Shown: positions 21,705-33,588, numbered from the stretch's first letter. The stretch: DNA of 64,000 nt from an uncultured Acidimicrobiales bacterium (GCA_943788915.1 CALSSD010000009.1:124001-188000); one strand, 5' to 3'. Numbers and translations: made by a program. The notes: generated from the sequence alone by a model not told the origin.

Positions 21705-22685
21705 TAGCCCAGGAAGTCGCTCAGGGGACGCAACGGGCGCGCTCCCATGTGTGAGATAACCTCGGCTGCGGCTTTGGAGCCGAGCATGCCAGCGTCGAAC
21801 AGACTCATGCCCCTGGCCAGACCAAACAGCACCCCTGCGGCGTACTGGTCACCTGCACCGGTCGTGTCGACAACGTGCGGCTACCCGCACCGGGGGAATT
21901 TCTATGGTCTCGTCGGCGGTCACGATAAGTGATCCCTCGGGGCCCTTGGTCGCGCACAAGATCTCGCACCGGCCTCGGACCATCTCGACGGCCTCAGCGT
22001 GGCTGTTGGCCCTCGTCAGCGTCATCAACTCTTCCTCGTTACCGAACAGCACGTCGATGTCGTTGTCGACCAGCTCGTGCCATTCGTCAAAGTGCCGTTC
22101 GACACAGAACGAATCGCTGAGGGTGAAGGAGATCTTGCGCCCTGCCCGCTCTGCTATCTGGATGGCGTGGCGGATTGCGTCCTTGGTCACGTCGATGTCC
22201 CAGATGTACCCCTCGCAGAAGAGGTACTGGCTGGCGGACACGATGTCTTCGGGGATATCGCTGCGATACAACGTGGTCGCTGCTCCCAGAAAAGTATTCA
22301 TGGTGCGTTCTGCATCGGGAGTCACGATCACCATCGAACGACCGGTTGGTTCACCACCGGAGCCTGGGTGCACGGTGAAACCGACACCACTCGCCTCGGA
22401 GGCCTCACCGAAGACCTTGCCTAACTCGTCGTCGGCGACCTTGCCGATGAACGACGCGGTGCCTCCGAAGGAAGCCACACCGACCATGGTGTTGCTGGCT
22501 GAACCACCAGACGTTTCGGTCATCACGTCCATGGCGTCGTAGAGCTCAACGGCTCGCTCTGCATCGATGAGCACCATGGCGCCCTTGGTTAACCCATAGG
22601 AGTCGATGAAGTCATCGCCCTGTTGAGAAATTACGTCGACAATCGCATTTCCGATTCCGACGACGTCATAACTGATATCTGCCAC
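21704..22685 (-). CDS. PfkB family kinase (adenosine kinase-like); frameshift near 21882
   Basis: GIGNAIVD, SGGSASNT, ERTMNTFLGA; C-terminal VDTTGAGDQYAAG in the shifted frame; TAATG coupling to the NT5C gene. Confidence 0.88.
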
Positions 22686-22713
22686 GGCGGCACCGTACCC
22701 GTACGCTTGGCGT

Positions 22714-25275
22714 GTGGAAAGCATCAACCAACATCGTTTGCCTCGGACTATCTCGCCAACCGAGTATCTCGTCCGCCTTCGGCCAGACATCGAGGCAGCA
22801 GAGTTCAGCGGATCGGTCACGATTCAAGCCACCGCAGACCAGCCGGTTACCGAGATTGTGCTCAACTCGATCGAACTCACGATCACCGAAGCCACGGTGC
22901 GCCACGGCACTGTCGTGCAGTCCGCTGCTGTGCGGCTCGACGAAGAGTCCGAACGGCTGTACCTGACAGTTGACACAGCCGTGTCTCGTGGCGAGTTCCA
23001 GATTGTCATTACGTTCGACGGCATCTTGAACGACAAGCTGCGCGGCTTTTACCGCAGCACATTCACCGACGACGCAGGCAACGAACACACCATCGCCACC
23101 ACACAATTCGAGTCGACCAACGCCCGGCGTTGTTTTCCGTGCTGGGACGAACCTGACCGCAAGGCCGTCTTCCAGGTCACTCTTGAGGTCCCCGGCCACA
23201 TGTTGGCGATCTCTGCCATGGCCGAGACCAACCGAACTGACCTGGCCAACGGCTGGATACAGGTCGACTACGCACCAACACCGCTGATGTCCACCTACTT
23301 GCTTGCGTTCATGGTTGGTGAGATGGAAGCGTCACCGTCGATCGACGTCGATGGTGTCCCGGTCCGCATCATCCACCGTCCTGGTCAAGGTGATCAGATC
23401 GGTTTCGCCCACGATGCCGCCGCGTTCTGTTTGCGTTGGCTCACCGACTACTTCGGCGTGCCGTACTTCGGCGACAAGATCGATCTTCTCGCGATTCCCG
23501 ACTTTGCGTTCGGAGCAATGGAGAACACCGGCTGTGTGACCTTCCGCGAAGTACTTCTGCTCGTCGACCCCGAGACCACGACGCAACCAGAGCAACAACG
23601 CTCGGTCGCTGTGATCGCACATGAACTGGCCCATATGTGGTTCGGCAACCTGGTGACCATGCAGTGGTGGGAAGGTCTGTGGCTCAAAGAAGCCTTCGCC
23701 ACGTTCATGGAGACCTCGGCCACCGATGCGTATCGCCCCGACTGGAAGGTCTGGGAAGGTTTCGCTGTCGATCGTTCATCGGCGTATCACGTCGATTGTT
23801 TGCACAGCACCCGTGCCATCGAGTTCGTAGTCGAATCCCCCGCCGATGCCGAGGGCATGTACGACGTCTTGACCTACGAAAAGGGCGCTGCGGTTGTGCG
23901 CATGCTCGAACAGTTCGTGGGAGCCGACAAATTCCGCGACGGCATCCGCAGTTATATGACGACCCATGCCTACGGCAACACGGTGACCAGCGATCTGTGG
24001 AACGCAATCGGATCAGCGACCGATTTACCCGTGGACCAGATCATGCACGAGTGGATTTACCAAGGTGGTTTCCCGCTCGTTGATGCATCCGTGGCCGATG
24101 GCCAATTGATGCTCGATCAACAGATCTTCCGTCTGATCAACAAACCCGACGCCGCTCCCACCGCCGATTGGCATGTTCCGTTGACCGTCCAGGTCAACGG
24201 AGTTGACGACCGAGTCCTGATGACTCCCCAAGCCCGTGTCCAACTCAACAGCGACGACGCCTCCATCATTATCGACCCCCATAGTCACGGCTTCTTTCGG
24301 GTGCAATACGACACAGCCTTGTCTGCCCGACTCGCCGACGGGCTTATGGGCCTAACCGGTGGTCAGCGACATCGACTATTCGACGACCAGTTCGATCTGG
24401 TGTTAGCTGGCAGGCGCACCGTTGCTGACTATGTCCGGCTAGCGCGAGCTCTCGACGGCGAGACCAGCCCTCCGGTCTGGTCGACCCTGTCCAGTGGCTT
24501 CTCGACCATCGCCCATGCCAGCAACACCCGAGATGAGCAGGCGGCATTCGGGCAAATCTGGGCCGAAATCGCTGGGCCTCAGCTCGCGACCTTGGGTTTC
24601 GACCGTGCCGATGGTGAAGACGATCCACTGGTCAACGAGGTGCGGGCTTCGCTCTACAGCTCGCTTGGTTCGTTAAGCCGGGACCAGGCAGTCATCGACC
24701 ATGCTCGCCAGATCTTCGATGGTTCGATTGAGACCACGAATGCGAGCATCGAGAGTGCCGCTACTCGGGTGATCGCGTCGACCGGCACACGCCAGGACTA
24801 CGACGAGGTCTTCGCCCGTTTCCAAGCTGCGACATCGCCGCAGGTCGAACGGCGTTACATGTTCTCGCTGAGTCGTTTCGACGATGCTTCAGCCATTGCC
24901 GACTTGTGCGAACGCACGCTCGACGGCAGCATCCGCAACCAAGATGCTGCCTTCATGCTCGGACTCGCGGTTGGGAACCGGTGGCATGGATCCTATGTCT
25001 GGTCGTTCATCACCAAGAACTGGGATCGCATCATCGACACGGTGCCCGACAATGCTGTTGGCCGCATGCTTGGTGGTGTCGAATGGCTTGAGCATGGCGA
25101 CGTACCAGCAGTACACGCCTTCCTCGACGACCATGAGGTGCCTCAGGCCAAACTCTCGGTTCTCCAACATCGAGAACGGCTCGACATCCACCACGCGCTC
25201 AAGCAGCGTCTCGCCACCGAGTCATCCGAGAACGAACCATCGCGTGAGCGTTCGTTCACCGCAGGTTCAGCGTGA
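22714..25275 (+). CDS. pepN: M1 family aminopeptidase N
   Basis: GAMEN, HELAHMWFGNLVT..WLKEAFA zinc motif, YEKG, ERAP1-like C-terminus. Confidence 0.95.
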   Translation: MESINQHRLPRTISPTEYLVRLRPDIEAAEFSGSVTIQATADQPVTEIVLNSIELTITEATVRHGTVVQSAAVRLDEESERLYLTVDTAVSRGEFQIVITFDGILNDKLRGFYRSTFTDDAGNEHTIATTQFESTNARRCFPCWDEPDRKAVFQVTLEVPGHMLAISAMAETNRTDLANGWIQVDYAPTPLMSTYLLAFMVGEMEASPSIDVDGVPVRIIHRPGQGDQIGFAHDAAAFCLRWLTDYFGVPYFGDKIDLLAIPDFAFGAMENTGCVTFREVLLLVDPETTTQPEQQRSVAVIAHELAHMWFGNLVTMQWWEGLWLKEAFATFMETSATDAYRPDWKVWEGFAVDRSSAYHVDCLHSTRAIEFVVESPADAEGMYDVLTYEKGAAVVRMLEQFVGADKFRDGIRSYMTTHAYGNTVTSDLWNAIGSATDLPVDQIMHEWIYQGGFPLVDASVADGQLMLDQQIFRLINKPDAAPTADWHVPLTVQVNGVDDRVLMTPQARVQLNSDDASIIIDPHSHGFFRVQYDTALSARLADGLMGLTGGQRHRLFDDQFDLVLAGRRTVADYVRLARALDGETSPPVWSTLSSGFSTIAHASNTRDEQAAFGQIWAEIAGPQLATLGFDRADGEDDPLVNEVRASLYSSLGSLSRDQAVIDHARQIFDGSIETTNASIESAATRVIASTGTRQDYDEVFARFQAATSPQVERRYMFSLSRFDDASAIADLCERTLDGSIRNQDAAFMLGLAVGNRWHGSYVWSFITKNWDRIIDTVPDNAVGRMLGGVEWLEHGDVPAVHAFLDDHEVPQAKLSVLQHRERLDIHHALKQRLATESSENEPSRERSFTAGSA

Positions 25276-25792
25276 CGAGGCCAGCCTCGTCGATCTTGAC
25301 CTCGAAGGTACGGGTGATACCCGACGGATCCGTTGCCTCGCAGGGCACTGATTCGTCGGTGGCGAGCGCCATCACGGGCTGCCCGCAATCGACGCTGGTG
25401 ACCAAGCCAACTTCGTCGCCAAACGTCGCAGCCAGCAACGCAGCCACCTCGTTCACTGCCACGAAACGGGCATCGACGGTGGCGGTTGTTGTCAAGGCTT
25501 CAGCCGTGCCCCCAAGCTCGACGTTCACGTCGATGACTTGGCCACCAAGCGTTGCGACGCAAAGAACCGACTGGCCCGGTTGAGGATCAGCACTGTTAGG
25601 ACACGAGATCGATCGGATTGCGCCTGGATATTGCGGAAGCAGCTGGGCACCAATGTCGGCTTCGAGTTGGGTGCCGTCGAGCGTGCGTTCAACACCGCAT
25701 GACGCAAACAGCAATGTCGCCATGAGCACTGTGGCCGCGGCGAGCGACTTTTGGTGAGAGGTCAGAATTCGGCAGCGAGCGCGTCGGCCCAT
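25256..25792 (-). CDS. Putative lipoprotein with two DUF4333-like repeats; start uncertain
   Basis: Lipobox LFASC; two Cys-pair repeats (SISCP..VLC, SVDCG..VPC). Confidence 0.65.
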   Translation of the reverse strand: MGRRARCRILTSHQKSLAAATVLMATLLFASCGVERTLDGTQLEADIGAQLLPQYPGAIRSISCPNSADPQPGQSVLCVATLGGQVIDVNVELGGTAEALTTTATVDARFVAVNEVAALLAATFGDEVGLVTSVDCGQPVMALATDESVPCEATDPSGITRTFEVKIDEAGLVTLNLR

Positions 25793-26949
25793 GATGTCTT
25801 CGTATCAATCAGCCCGCGATACCGCATGACATGGCGGGGACGGTTGAACCCGAGTACAGCCACGATGACACCATCGCGGCCATAGATTGCTGCGAACTTA
25901 CGGCTCTCGATGTCGCCGTCGACGATCTGGAACGAATCGAAGTCTGTCGTGCGACCAGCAAGTTGGATCTTGCGGTCGTACTGATCGCTCCAGAACCAAG
26001 GAACCGGCTCATATGGGCCGACAGATTCGCCATGAAGCAGCCGTTTGGCAGCGTGGGTGGCGTGGGTGATCGCATTGTCCCAGTGCTCAACCCGCATGGT
26101 CTCGTCGAAGTGTCCGTTGTGCCATTGGGCTACGTCGCCGGCAGCGACGACCCCAGGGGCGGCAAGCGACGTTGCGTCACACACCACGCCGTTGTCGATC
26201 TCCAGGCCACTTCCGTCGAGCCACTCGACGTTCGGGATCACGCCAATACCGACGATCACGAGCTCGGTTTCGATCTCGGAGCCGTCGGTAAGTCGGATTC
26301 CGGTGACGTGTTCGTCACCAAGGATGGCTTCGCAGCCAACACCAAGCCGCAGATCAACACCATGGTCACGATGGACATCGGCAAGAACAGCTCCCATCTC
26401 AGCGCCAACAGAGCGCTCGAATGGCGCTTCGGCCATCTCGAGCATGGTGACGTCGAGACCGAGACCTCGGGCACTAGCTGCGACTTCGGCCCCAATGAAC
26501 CCTGCGCCGATGACCACGACCCTCGACGGTTGTTTTTGGAACGCAGCCCGGATGGCTTGGGCATCATCGAGTGTGCGCAGCGTGTAGACGCCCATCATGG
26601 GATCACCGAGCGCACGCGTACGTGCGCCGGTGGTGATCACAACGCCGTCGACGTCGAGAACGGTGCCAGACGCCAAGGTGACAGCCAGGGCTGCTGCGTC
26701 AAACGAGACGGCGGCATCGCCCAAATGTGTGGTCAGGTTGAGCGCATCAAACTTTTCGTCGGCGGACAGCCACACTCGTTCGACATCCCAGTCGCCTGAC
26801 AACACCTGTTTCGACAGCGGCGGGCGATCATAGGGACGATGGACCTCGTCTCCGACCAGGTGGAGAACTCCGTCGAATCCTTCGGCTCGGAGTGTCTCGG
26901 CGGCTCGGAGACCAGCCAGAGATGCGCCGACAACGGCGATTGACTTCAT
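25762..26949 (-). CDS. NAD(P)/FAD-dependent ferredoxin reductase
   Basis: VGASLAG, PYDRPPLSK, GAGFIGAEVA, AAGDVA, RVEHW, PWFWSDQY. Confidence 0.93.
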   Translation of the reverse strand: MKSIAVVGASLAGLRAAETLRAEGFDGVLHLVGDEVHRPYDRPPLSKQVLSGDWDVERVWLSADEKFDALNLTTHLGDAAVSFDAAALAVTLASGTVLDVDGVVITTGARTRALGDPMMGVYTLRTLDDAQAIRAAFQKQPSRVVVIGAGFIGAEVAASARGLGLDVTMLEMAEAPFERSVGAEMGAVLADVHRDHGVDLRLGVGCEAILGDEHVTGIRLTDGSEIETELVIVGIGVIPNVEWLDGSGLEIDNGVVCDATSLAAPGVVAAGDVAQWHNGHFDETMRVEHWDNAITHATHAAKRLLHGESVGPYEPVPWFWSDQYDRKIQLAGRTTDFDSFQIVDGDIESRKFAAIYGRDGVIVAVLGFNRPRHVMRYRGLIDTKTSWADALAAEF

Positions 26950-26998
26950 TCAGCTGACCTCGTAGTAAGTGTGCATCGGCCTCGCTACCGGGCCTTGG

Positions 26999-27214
26999 TT
27001 ATTCCTCGGAGTCGTCGGCAATAGCGATTGCCTGCTTCGGGCAACGTTGCACCGACTCTTCGACCTTGGCTCGCTGGTCTTCTTCAGGAGTATCGGTCAG
27101 CAGGTACAAGAAGTCGTCATCGCGGACCTCAAAAACATCAGGTGCGATCTGCATGCAAATGGCATTGCTCTCACACAGGTCGTAGTCGACAACAACTTTG
27201 AAACTCATCTTCAA
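26999..27214 (-). CDS. Ferredoxin (3Fe-4S, P450-associated type)
   Basis: CESNAIC..APDVF..CPKQAI. Confidence 0.9.
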   Translation of the reverse strand: MKMSFKVVVDYDLCESNAICMQIAPDVFEVRDDDFLYLLTDTPEEDQRAKVEESVQRCPKQAIAIADDSEE

Positions 27215-27271
27215 TCCCTCTGGTCTACTGAACCGTGATACTAGTAAGCGATACTCGTAAGACGATCCTAG

Positions 27272-27928
27272 TCAGGGCAGCCGGCAGAGCCCGTTAGGCG
27301 AGTCGTATTCCAATGCGATCACGGACCCGACCACGACCTGCACACGGCCAGGGTCGGCGCCGTCGGCGGTCAGGAACTCCGACATCGAGCGACAGACGTC
27401 CTCGACAAGGCTCAGGGGTTCGGGCGTCTGGGCAAAGACAACAGTTGCGGTTTCAATACGTTCTGAGTCGACGACGAATTGTGCAGTAACGAGGTCGCTC
27501 CACCCCGCGTCGGCGTAGTTGTCTTGGACGAAGCTGTTCCAACGCGTGGGCGCTGGCCGGTCGGCCGCAATGCCGCAGCTGCTCAGCGCATACCGATCGA
27601 GCGCTGCTTGCTCACTGTTCGCCTGCGGATCAAAACGTGCGTTGAACAGCGCTTCGAGGTCGGGCGGATTCTCGGCCAATAGTTCACCAAAGTCACGTGC
27701 CCGATTCTGAAGCGCCTCGATCGTAGGCCGCACCGCAGGTGGCGCAACAAGAGCAAGTCGTTCGAGGTCCTGTGCTGTTGGCGAGGGTGTCAGCCCACTA
27801 CCGGTTTCTAGCAAGGAGCAGAAGGCCGCAAGGTCGCCCGGTTCCGGCGCGTCGCTACACGCCGTGGCCAATAGTGCAGTCAGGATCACCGCAACGAGCG
27901 CTCGTTTCACCCCTGTAGTTTGGCGCAC
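27272..27928 (-). CDS. Hypothetical lipoprotein
   Basis: Signal peptide with lipobox LATAC; several Cys residues. Confidence 0.6.
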   Translation of the reverse strand: MRQTTGVKRALVAVILTALLATACSDAPEPGDLAAFCSLLETGSGLTPSPTAQDLERLALVAPPAVRPTIEALQNRARDFGELLAENPPDLEALFNARFDPQANSEQAALDRYALSSCGIAADRPAPTRWNSFVQDNYADAGWSDLVTAQFVVDSERIETATVVFAQTPEPLSLVEDVCRSMSEFLTADGADPGRVQVVVGSVIALEYDSPNGLCRLP

Positions 27929-28010
27929 CGCCAGACCCTTTTACGTTTCTGACGGTTTTCGTCTGCACACCACGCCAATATCGCCAGAAACAGAAGCTAG
28001 GCGGCCTTCG

Positions 28011-28445
<435 letters not shown>

Positions 28446-28447
28446 TT

Positions 28448-28469
28448 ATGTAGCACTACATTACTACAT
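28448..28469. promoter_or_regulatory. Putative GntR operator (inverted repeat ATGTAG..CTACAT)
   Basis: atgtagcactacattactacat just upstream of the TATCCT -10 box of the GntR gene. Confidence 0.55.
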
Positions 28470-28487
28470 TCGATTATCCTGACCCGT

Positions 28488-28925
28488 ATGCGCATCCGGC
28501 TCGACCACACCACTCCTGTTCCCCTGTTCGAGCAGATCCGTGCCCAGCTGGCGTTGCATGTCGCTGCAGGGCGACTCACGGCTAGAGACCGTTTGCCTGC
28601 GATCCGAACCTTGGCAAACGAGCTTGACGTCTCGACAAATACCATTGCCAGGGCATACCGCGAACTCATCAACGCAGGGATCGCCGAGGCAGCTGGCCGG
28701 CGCGGCACCCGCATCACCGCCGCTCCCCCAGTGGCCCACAACGTCGCCCAGCGCAGCGAGCAGATCGAAGCAGCAGCTGACCGGTTTGCCCTGACAGCGA
28801 GCGAGCTGAGTGTCACCACCGACGAGGCGCTGGAAGCCATCATCGTGGCGATACGACGCCGTAACGATCGGCGCTCCGCACCTAGCTACACCGTGCATGT
28901 CGCCGAAGCGGGATCGCTGACGTAG
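28488..28925 (+). CDS. GntR family regulator (YtrA-like)
   Basis: PLFEQIRAQL, RLPAIRTLANELDVSTNTIARAYREL, GRRGT; short C-terminal domain. Confidence 0.9.
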   Translation: MRIRLDHTTPVPLFEQIRAQLALHVAAGRLTARDRLPAIRTLANELDVSTNTIARAYRELINAGIAEAAGRRGTRITAAPPVAHNVAQRSEQIEAAADRFALTASELSVTTDEALEAIIVAIRRRNDRRSAPSYTVHVAEAGSLT

Positions 28926-28943
28926 TACTACTACTGTGGAGCC

Positions 28944-30141
28944 GTGTCGACTCAGCAAGCAACAAGCGGCCCTCTCAGCGGTGTTCGGGTTGTAGAACTC
29001 GGTGTCTGGATCGCCGGTCCAGCAGCAGGTGGCATCATGGCGGACTGGGGTGCCGACGTCATCAAGATCGAGCCCCCCGAAGGTGATCCGTCTCGACTCT
29101 TCCACTCCATTCTGGGCGGGGTTTTGCCCTCGAATCCTGTGTTCGAGCTCGACAACCGGTCGAAACGTTCCGTGGTGTTCGATCTGCGATCAGAAGACGG
29201 CATGGCCAATGCACTCAGGCTCATCGCAACTGCCGATGTCTTCTTGACCAACATCCGCACCGGAGCGCTCGAACGGTTAGGGCTTGACTACGACACCCTC
29301 TCGGCACAGTTCCCCGAGCTGATCTATGCCCATATCAGCGGCTTCGGCCGAGAGGGCCCCGATGCGGACCGAGCAGCGTTCGACATCGCAGCGTTCTGGT
29401 CACGCTCGGGCATTGCCGACTTGTTAACCGCTCCGGGCGAAGATCCCCCATTCCAGCGCGGCGGCATGGGTGATCACAACACTGGCCTCGCTGCTGCGGG
29501 AGCAGTTAGCGCTGCGCTCTTCGAGCGCACCAAGTCAGGCCACGGTCAACTCGTGTCCACCTCGCTATTTCGCGAAGGTATGTACACCATCGGCTTCGAC
29601 CTCAATACGAAACTCATGTGGGGAACAGATATCGCAAAGAACGGTCGTACGTTCGCTTCCAGTCCGACGGCGAACAACTATCTGCTCGCCGACGGGCGTC
29701 GGATCTGGGTCATTGGCGTCGATGTACGCCGACACTGGGCGCCACTCTGTCGAGCAGTCGGGCTCGCCCAACTCATTGAGGACGATCGGTTTGCGACGCC
29801 GCGTGACCGTAGCGTGAACGCAGAAGCACTGATTACCCTTCTTGATGCCGCGTTCGCTGGAATGGACATGGCGGCCATCGAAGCGGCGTCGTCGGCCGAA
29901 CCCGACTTCTTCTGGGCGCCCGTCAACAGTCTCGATGACTTGCTCGCAGATCCGCAGTTTGCACCCTCCGGAGTCACTCGTCGAAGTGCCGGACTCACCC
30001 GGATCAGAGACCACCACGACAATGGTTGCAACCCCCGTCGACTATTCACGCACGGTCGTGCAGCCCCGTTCACTCGCTCCTGAACTCGGTCAGCACACCG
30101 AAGAAGTGCTTGCCGAGTTGGCCGCTCACAACGACGCCTAA
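28944..30141 (+). CDS. CaiB/BaiF family III CoA-transferase; frameshift near 29978
   Basis: PLSGVRVVEL..IAGP, GADVIKIEPPEGD, NRSKRS, GD catalytic motif; tail APELGQHTEEVL in the shifted frame. Confidence 0.9.
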
Positions 30142-30168
30142 AACGCAACGGCGCCCAAAAACGAACCA

Positions 30169-30206
30169 AGGCGGGTCGTGCCACCCTTGGTGGCAACGAC
30201 CCGCCT
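30169..30206. terminator. Strong hairpin between convergent genes (likely bidirectional terminator)
   Basis: aggcgggtcgt-gccacc / ggtggc-a-acgacccgcct, 17-bp stem with one bulge. Confidence 0.7.
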
Positions 30207-30247
30207 CGGAGCGAATCAGACGATCAGACGAGCGCTACTGCGCCGCT

Positions 30248-32556
30248 CTATCGGGCTGCAGCGACTGCTTCCCAGACCGCTTTCGGGGTGCACGGCATGT
30301 CGATGTGGGTAACGCCCATATGGGACACAGCATCGATCACCGCGTTGTGCAGCGCTGGCGTGGAGCCAATCGTGCCCGACTCGCCGATGCCCTTGGCCCC
30401 AAGCGGGTTACGTGGTGATGCCGTCTCGGTGTTCGATACCTCGAAGCTCGGAAGCTCAGAAGCAGCGGGCACCAGATAGTCCATGAGGTTGGCGTTCTGG
30501 GGGTTGCCCAGTTCGTCGTACGACACGTGTTCGTAGAGCACCTGGGCAGCACCCTGGGCGATGCCTCCGTGCTGCTGACCGTTCACCATCATCGGGCTCA
30601 GGATCGTGCCGCAGTCATCGACGGCGACATGGCGCAACATGGTGACGCCGCCGGTTTCGGTATCGACCTCGACCACCGACACGTGAGCGCCGAATGGGTA
30701 GGTCGCTGACTGGCCGTCGAAATCGTGTTCGTATGCCAGACCCGGCTCCATGCCTTCGGGAAGTTTGGAGGCATCGTTGGCTGCGGTTGCGAGCTCGGCC
30801 CACGACAGCGCCGAGGCTCGGAACGCCGGCAACGGCCAAGCCGGTGCCGGTGGTCTCGATGTCGTCGACGCTGGCCTCGAGCAGGTGTGACGCCAGTGTC
30901 TTGGCCTTTTCGAGCACCTTTTGTGAGCCGACCAAGATGCCGGAGCCAGCGGTCTGCAACGAGCGTGAGCCTGCCGTACCTGCGCCACGTAGCGACCGTG
31001 TCGGTGTCGCTGTCGAAGAAGTTGACTTCTTGCATAGGCACACCCAGGACATCTTCGACGATGGTCGAGAACGCCGTGTCGTGGCCTTGGCCGTGCACGC
31101 TGGTGCCGGCATAGATGTTGATGTCGCCGCTGTCGGTGACTTCGACCTTGGTGTATTCCACGTGGAGGCCGAGCGGGGCGGTTACTTCGACGTACGCGCT
31201 CACGCCGATACCGATCTGTTTGGCGTCGCCGGAGGCACGGCGTTCCTGCTGCTGGACTCGAAGGTCGCTGTAGCCCGACGCTGCGAGTACCGCGTCGAGC
31301 GCTTTCTCGTACTCGCCGCTGTCATAGTCAGCACCGGTCGTAGTGACCAGCGGGAAGTCTTCTGGCTGCAGGAAGTTCATGCGGCGGATCTCCGCGGGGT
31401 CGATGCCCATCTCGGCCGCAGCAATATCCAGAACGCGCTCGATGAGCTGGGTGGCTTCGGGACGACCAGCGCCTCGGTAGGCACCAATGGTGGTCGTGTT
31501 CGTCATCACGCTGGTGCCGTTGAACTTCACCTTGGGCACGTCGTAGACGGCGGGAGCGAGCAGCTGGGTAAGCATGGGCAACACGGCACCGAGGGCTGGA
31601 TACGCGCCCGTATCGGCGGTGACCTTGGCATCCATGCCGACGATCTTGCCGTCGCTCTTGAGCCCAAGCTTGCATTCCATGACCATGGCCCGGCCATGCA
31701 TCATCGCGACCATGTTCTCTGAGCGAAGCTCGGCCCACTTACATGGCACACCGAGCTGGAGCGCTGCGTAACCGGTCAGGACGTACTCGACATACAGACC
31801 TGACTTGGGACCGAAGCCGCCACCAACCCACGGGGTTGCACAGCGGACCTTCTCTTGCTCGAGGCCGAGCAGCTGGGCCACCGGCTCTTGCAGACTGTGT
31901 GGGCCCTGGTTCGAACACCACAAGGTGAGTCCGCCTTCGGGCTCATTCGGAATCGCGACCGCGCCGTTGTTCTCCATCGGAGCACCAGCGAGTCGCTGGG
32001 TCAGCATCTTGACCGTGGCCACATGGTCTGCGCCCTCGAGCGCATCGATGTCGACAGGTGCGCCGTCTTCGCCCAACGGGAAGTTGGTCGCAAAGCAGAC
32101 GTTCGTGTCCATATCGTCGAAGATCGGCGGCGCTCCCGCTGCCGATTCGATGTCGATGACGGCATCGATCGGTTCGATGTCGGCCCATACCTGCTCGGCA
32201 GCGTCGGCAGCTTGGGTCTGGGTTTCAGCAACCACCATGGCAATGATGTCGCCTACGAAACGGACCTTGCCCTTGGCCAACGGTGGCCGGGACAAGTTCG
32301 GTGGCATCATTGCGAACAGCGGGACTGCTGGCAGATCTGTGTTGTCAGATGTGTAGATCCCGAGCACGCCAGGCATGCCTACACCATCTTCGATATTGAT
32401 CGAGTTGATCGTTCCGTGCGCGATGTTTGATCGCACGAACACAATCGCTTTGGTGTCGGGCTTCATGTCGTCGACGTAACCGTTGACGCCGTACAGAAGC
32501 CCTGGGTCTTCCTTGCGAAGAACCGAATTGCCAAGAATCGAACCAGCAGTAGCCAC
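30248..32556 (-). CDS. Xanthine dehydrogenase family molybdopterin-binding subunit (form II CoxL-like); frameshifts near 30990 and 30810
   Basis: RKEDP, VGGGFGPK, AYRGAGRPEA, HGQGH, GSRSL, GQQHGGIAQG, GAKGIGESGTIG spread over three frames. Confidence 0.9.
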
Positions 32557-32663
32557 TCGTCTTACTCCCAATGTGGATGAACTCCGCAAACTTAGCCGGT
32601 GTGGGCGGCTCGCGCCGTATTGAGGTCCGGAGAAAAGTGGAGTTTCTGAGGCACACTGTGGCG

Positions 32664-33582
32664 GTGCAGGTTTCGTCATTGTTTCGCCGACATCGCCCGG
32701 TCATGGTTGCAGCCATCCTTGTGGCAGTTTTGGCCACCGGATGTAGCGGAGGTACTCGTCCGACGCTGACGGATGAACGCCTCGTCGAGACGCCCGACTC
32801 GGCCGCTGCACCCACCGTTGCCGGTGCGACCGCAGGCACTGCCGAAGAATCGGCTGGCACCGCCGCACGTGGACCGGGGGAGGTTGAGGCGCTTGTCGTG
32901 GAAGTGCTTGAGATATTCCCGCACGATACGACCGCTTCCACCCAAGGACTTGAGCTACACAACGGCGTATTCCTCGAGAGCACCGGGCTCTATGGCCGGA
33001 GCGATATCCGGCGGGTTGATCCCGCAACCGGCAGTGTCCTCCAGAGTGATCCCGATCGACCAACAGTTCTTTGCCGAGGGCCTCACCCGGGTCGATGATC
33101 AGGTCATCCAGCTCACCTGGCGTGAGAACACGGCGTTCTACTGGGATGCCGCGACCCTCGAACGCATCAAGGAGGTCAGTTATCCGGGTGACGGTTGGGG
33201 GCTGTGTTACGACGGTTCTCGTCTGATCATGACCGATGGCACCCCACAGCTGATCTTTCGAGATCCGATGACCTTCGACGAAACAGGCCGAATCCCGGTA
33301 ACGCTCAATGGCCAAGAGGTCTACAACCTGAACGAGTTGGAATGTGTCAATGGCATGGTGTGGGCCAACATCTGGCAGACCGAACTCATCGCCCGCATCG
33401 ATCCTGCCACCGGCGTGGTCACCGGACTCGTAGACGCCATCACGCTTGATGCTCCAACCGAGCCGGAGAGCGCAGTGCTCAACGGCATTGCGTGGGATGC
33501 ATCAACACAGTCGTTCTATGTCACAGGCAAGTTGTGGCCCAACATGTACCGGGTGAACTTCGTGCCCGCGCCCACAGGCTGA
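32664..33582 (+). CDS. Glutaminyl-peptide cyclotransferase (lipoprotein); frameshift near 33046
   Basis: Lipobox LATGC, PHD...TQGL, ESTGLYG, FAEGLT, QLTW, GWGLC, LNELE, VLNGIA, TGKLWP. Confidence 0.9.
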
Positions 33583-33588
33583 CCTATC

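Noticed and set aside
30248..32556. Bona fide aerobic CO dehydrogenase (form I coxL)
   Set aside because: The motif is AYRGAGR, not AYxCSFR, and there are no coxM/coxS or accessory genes
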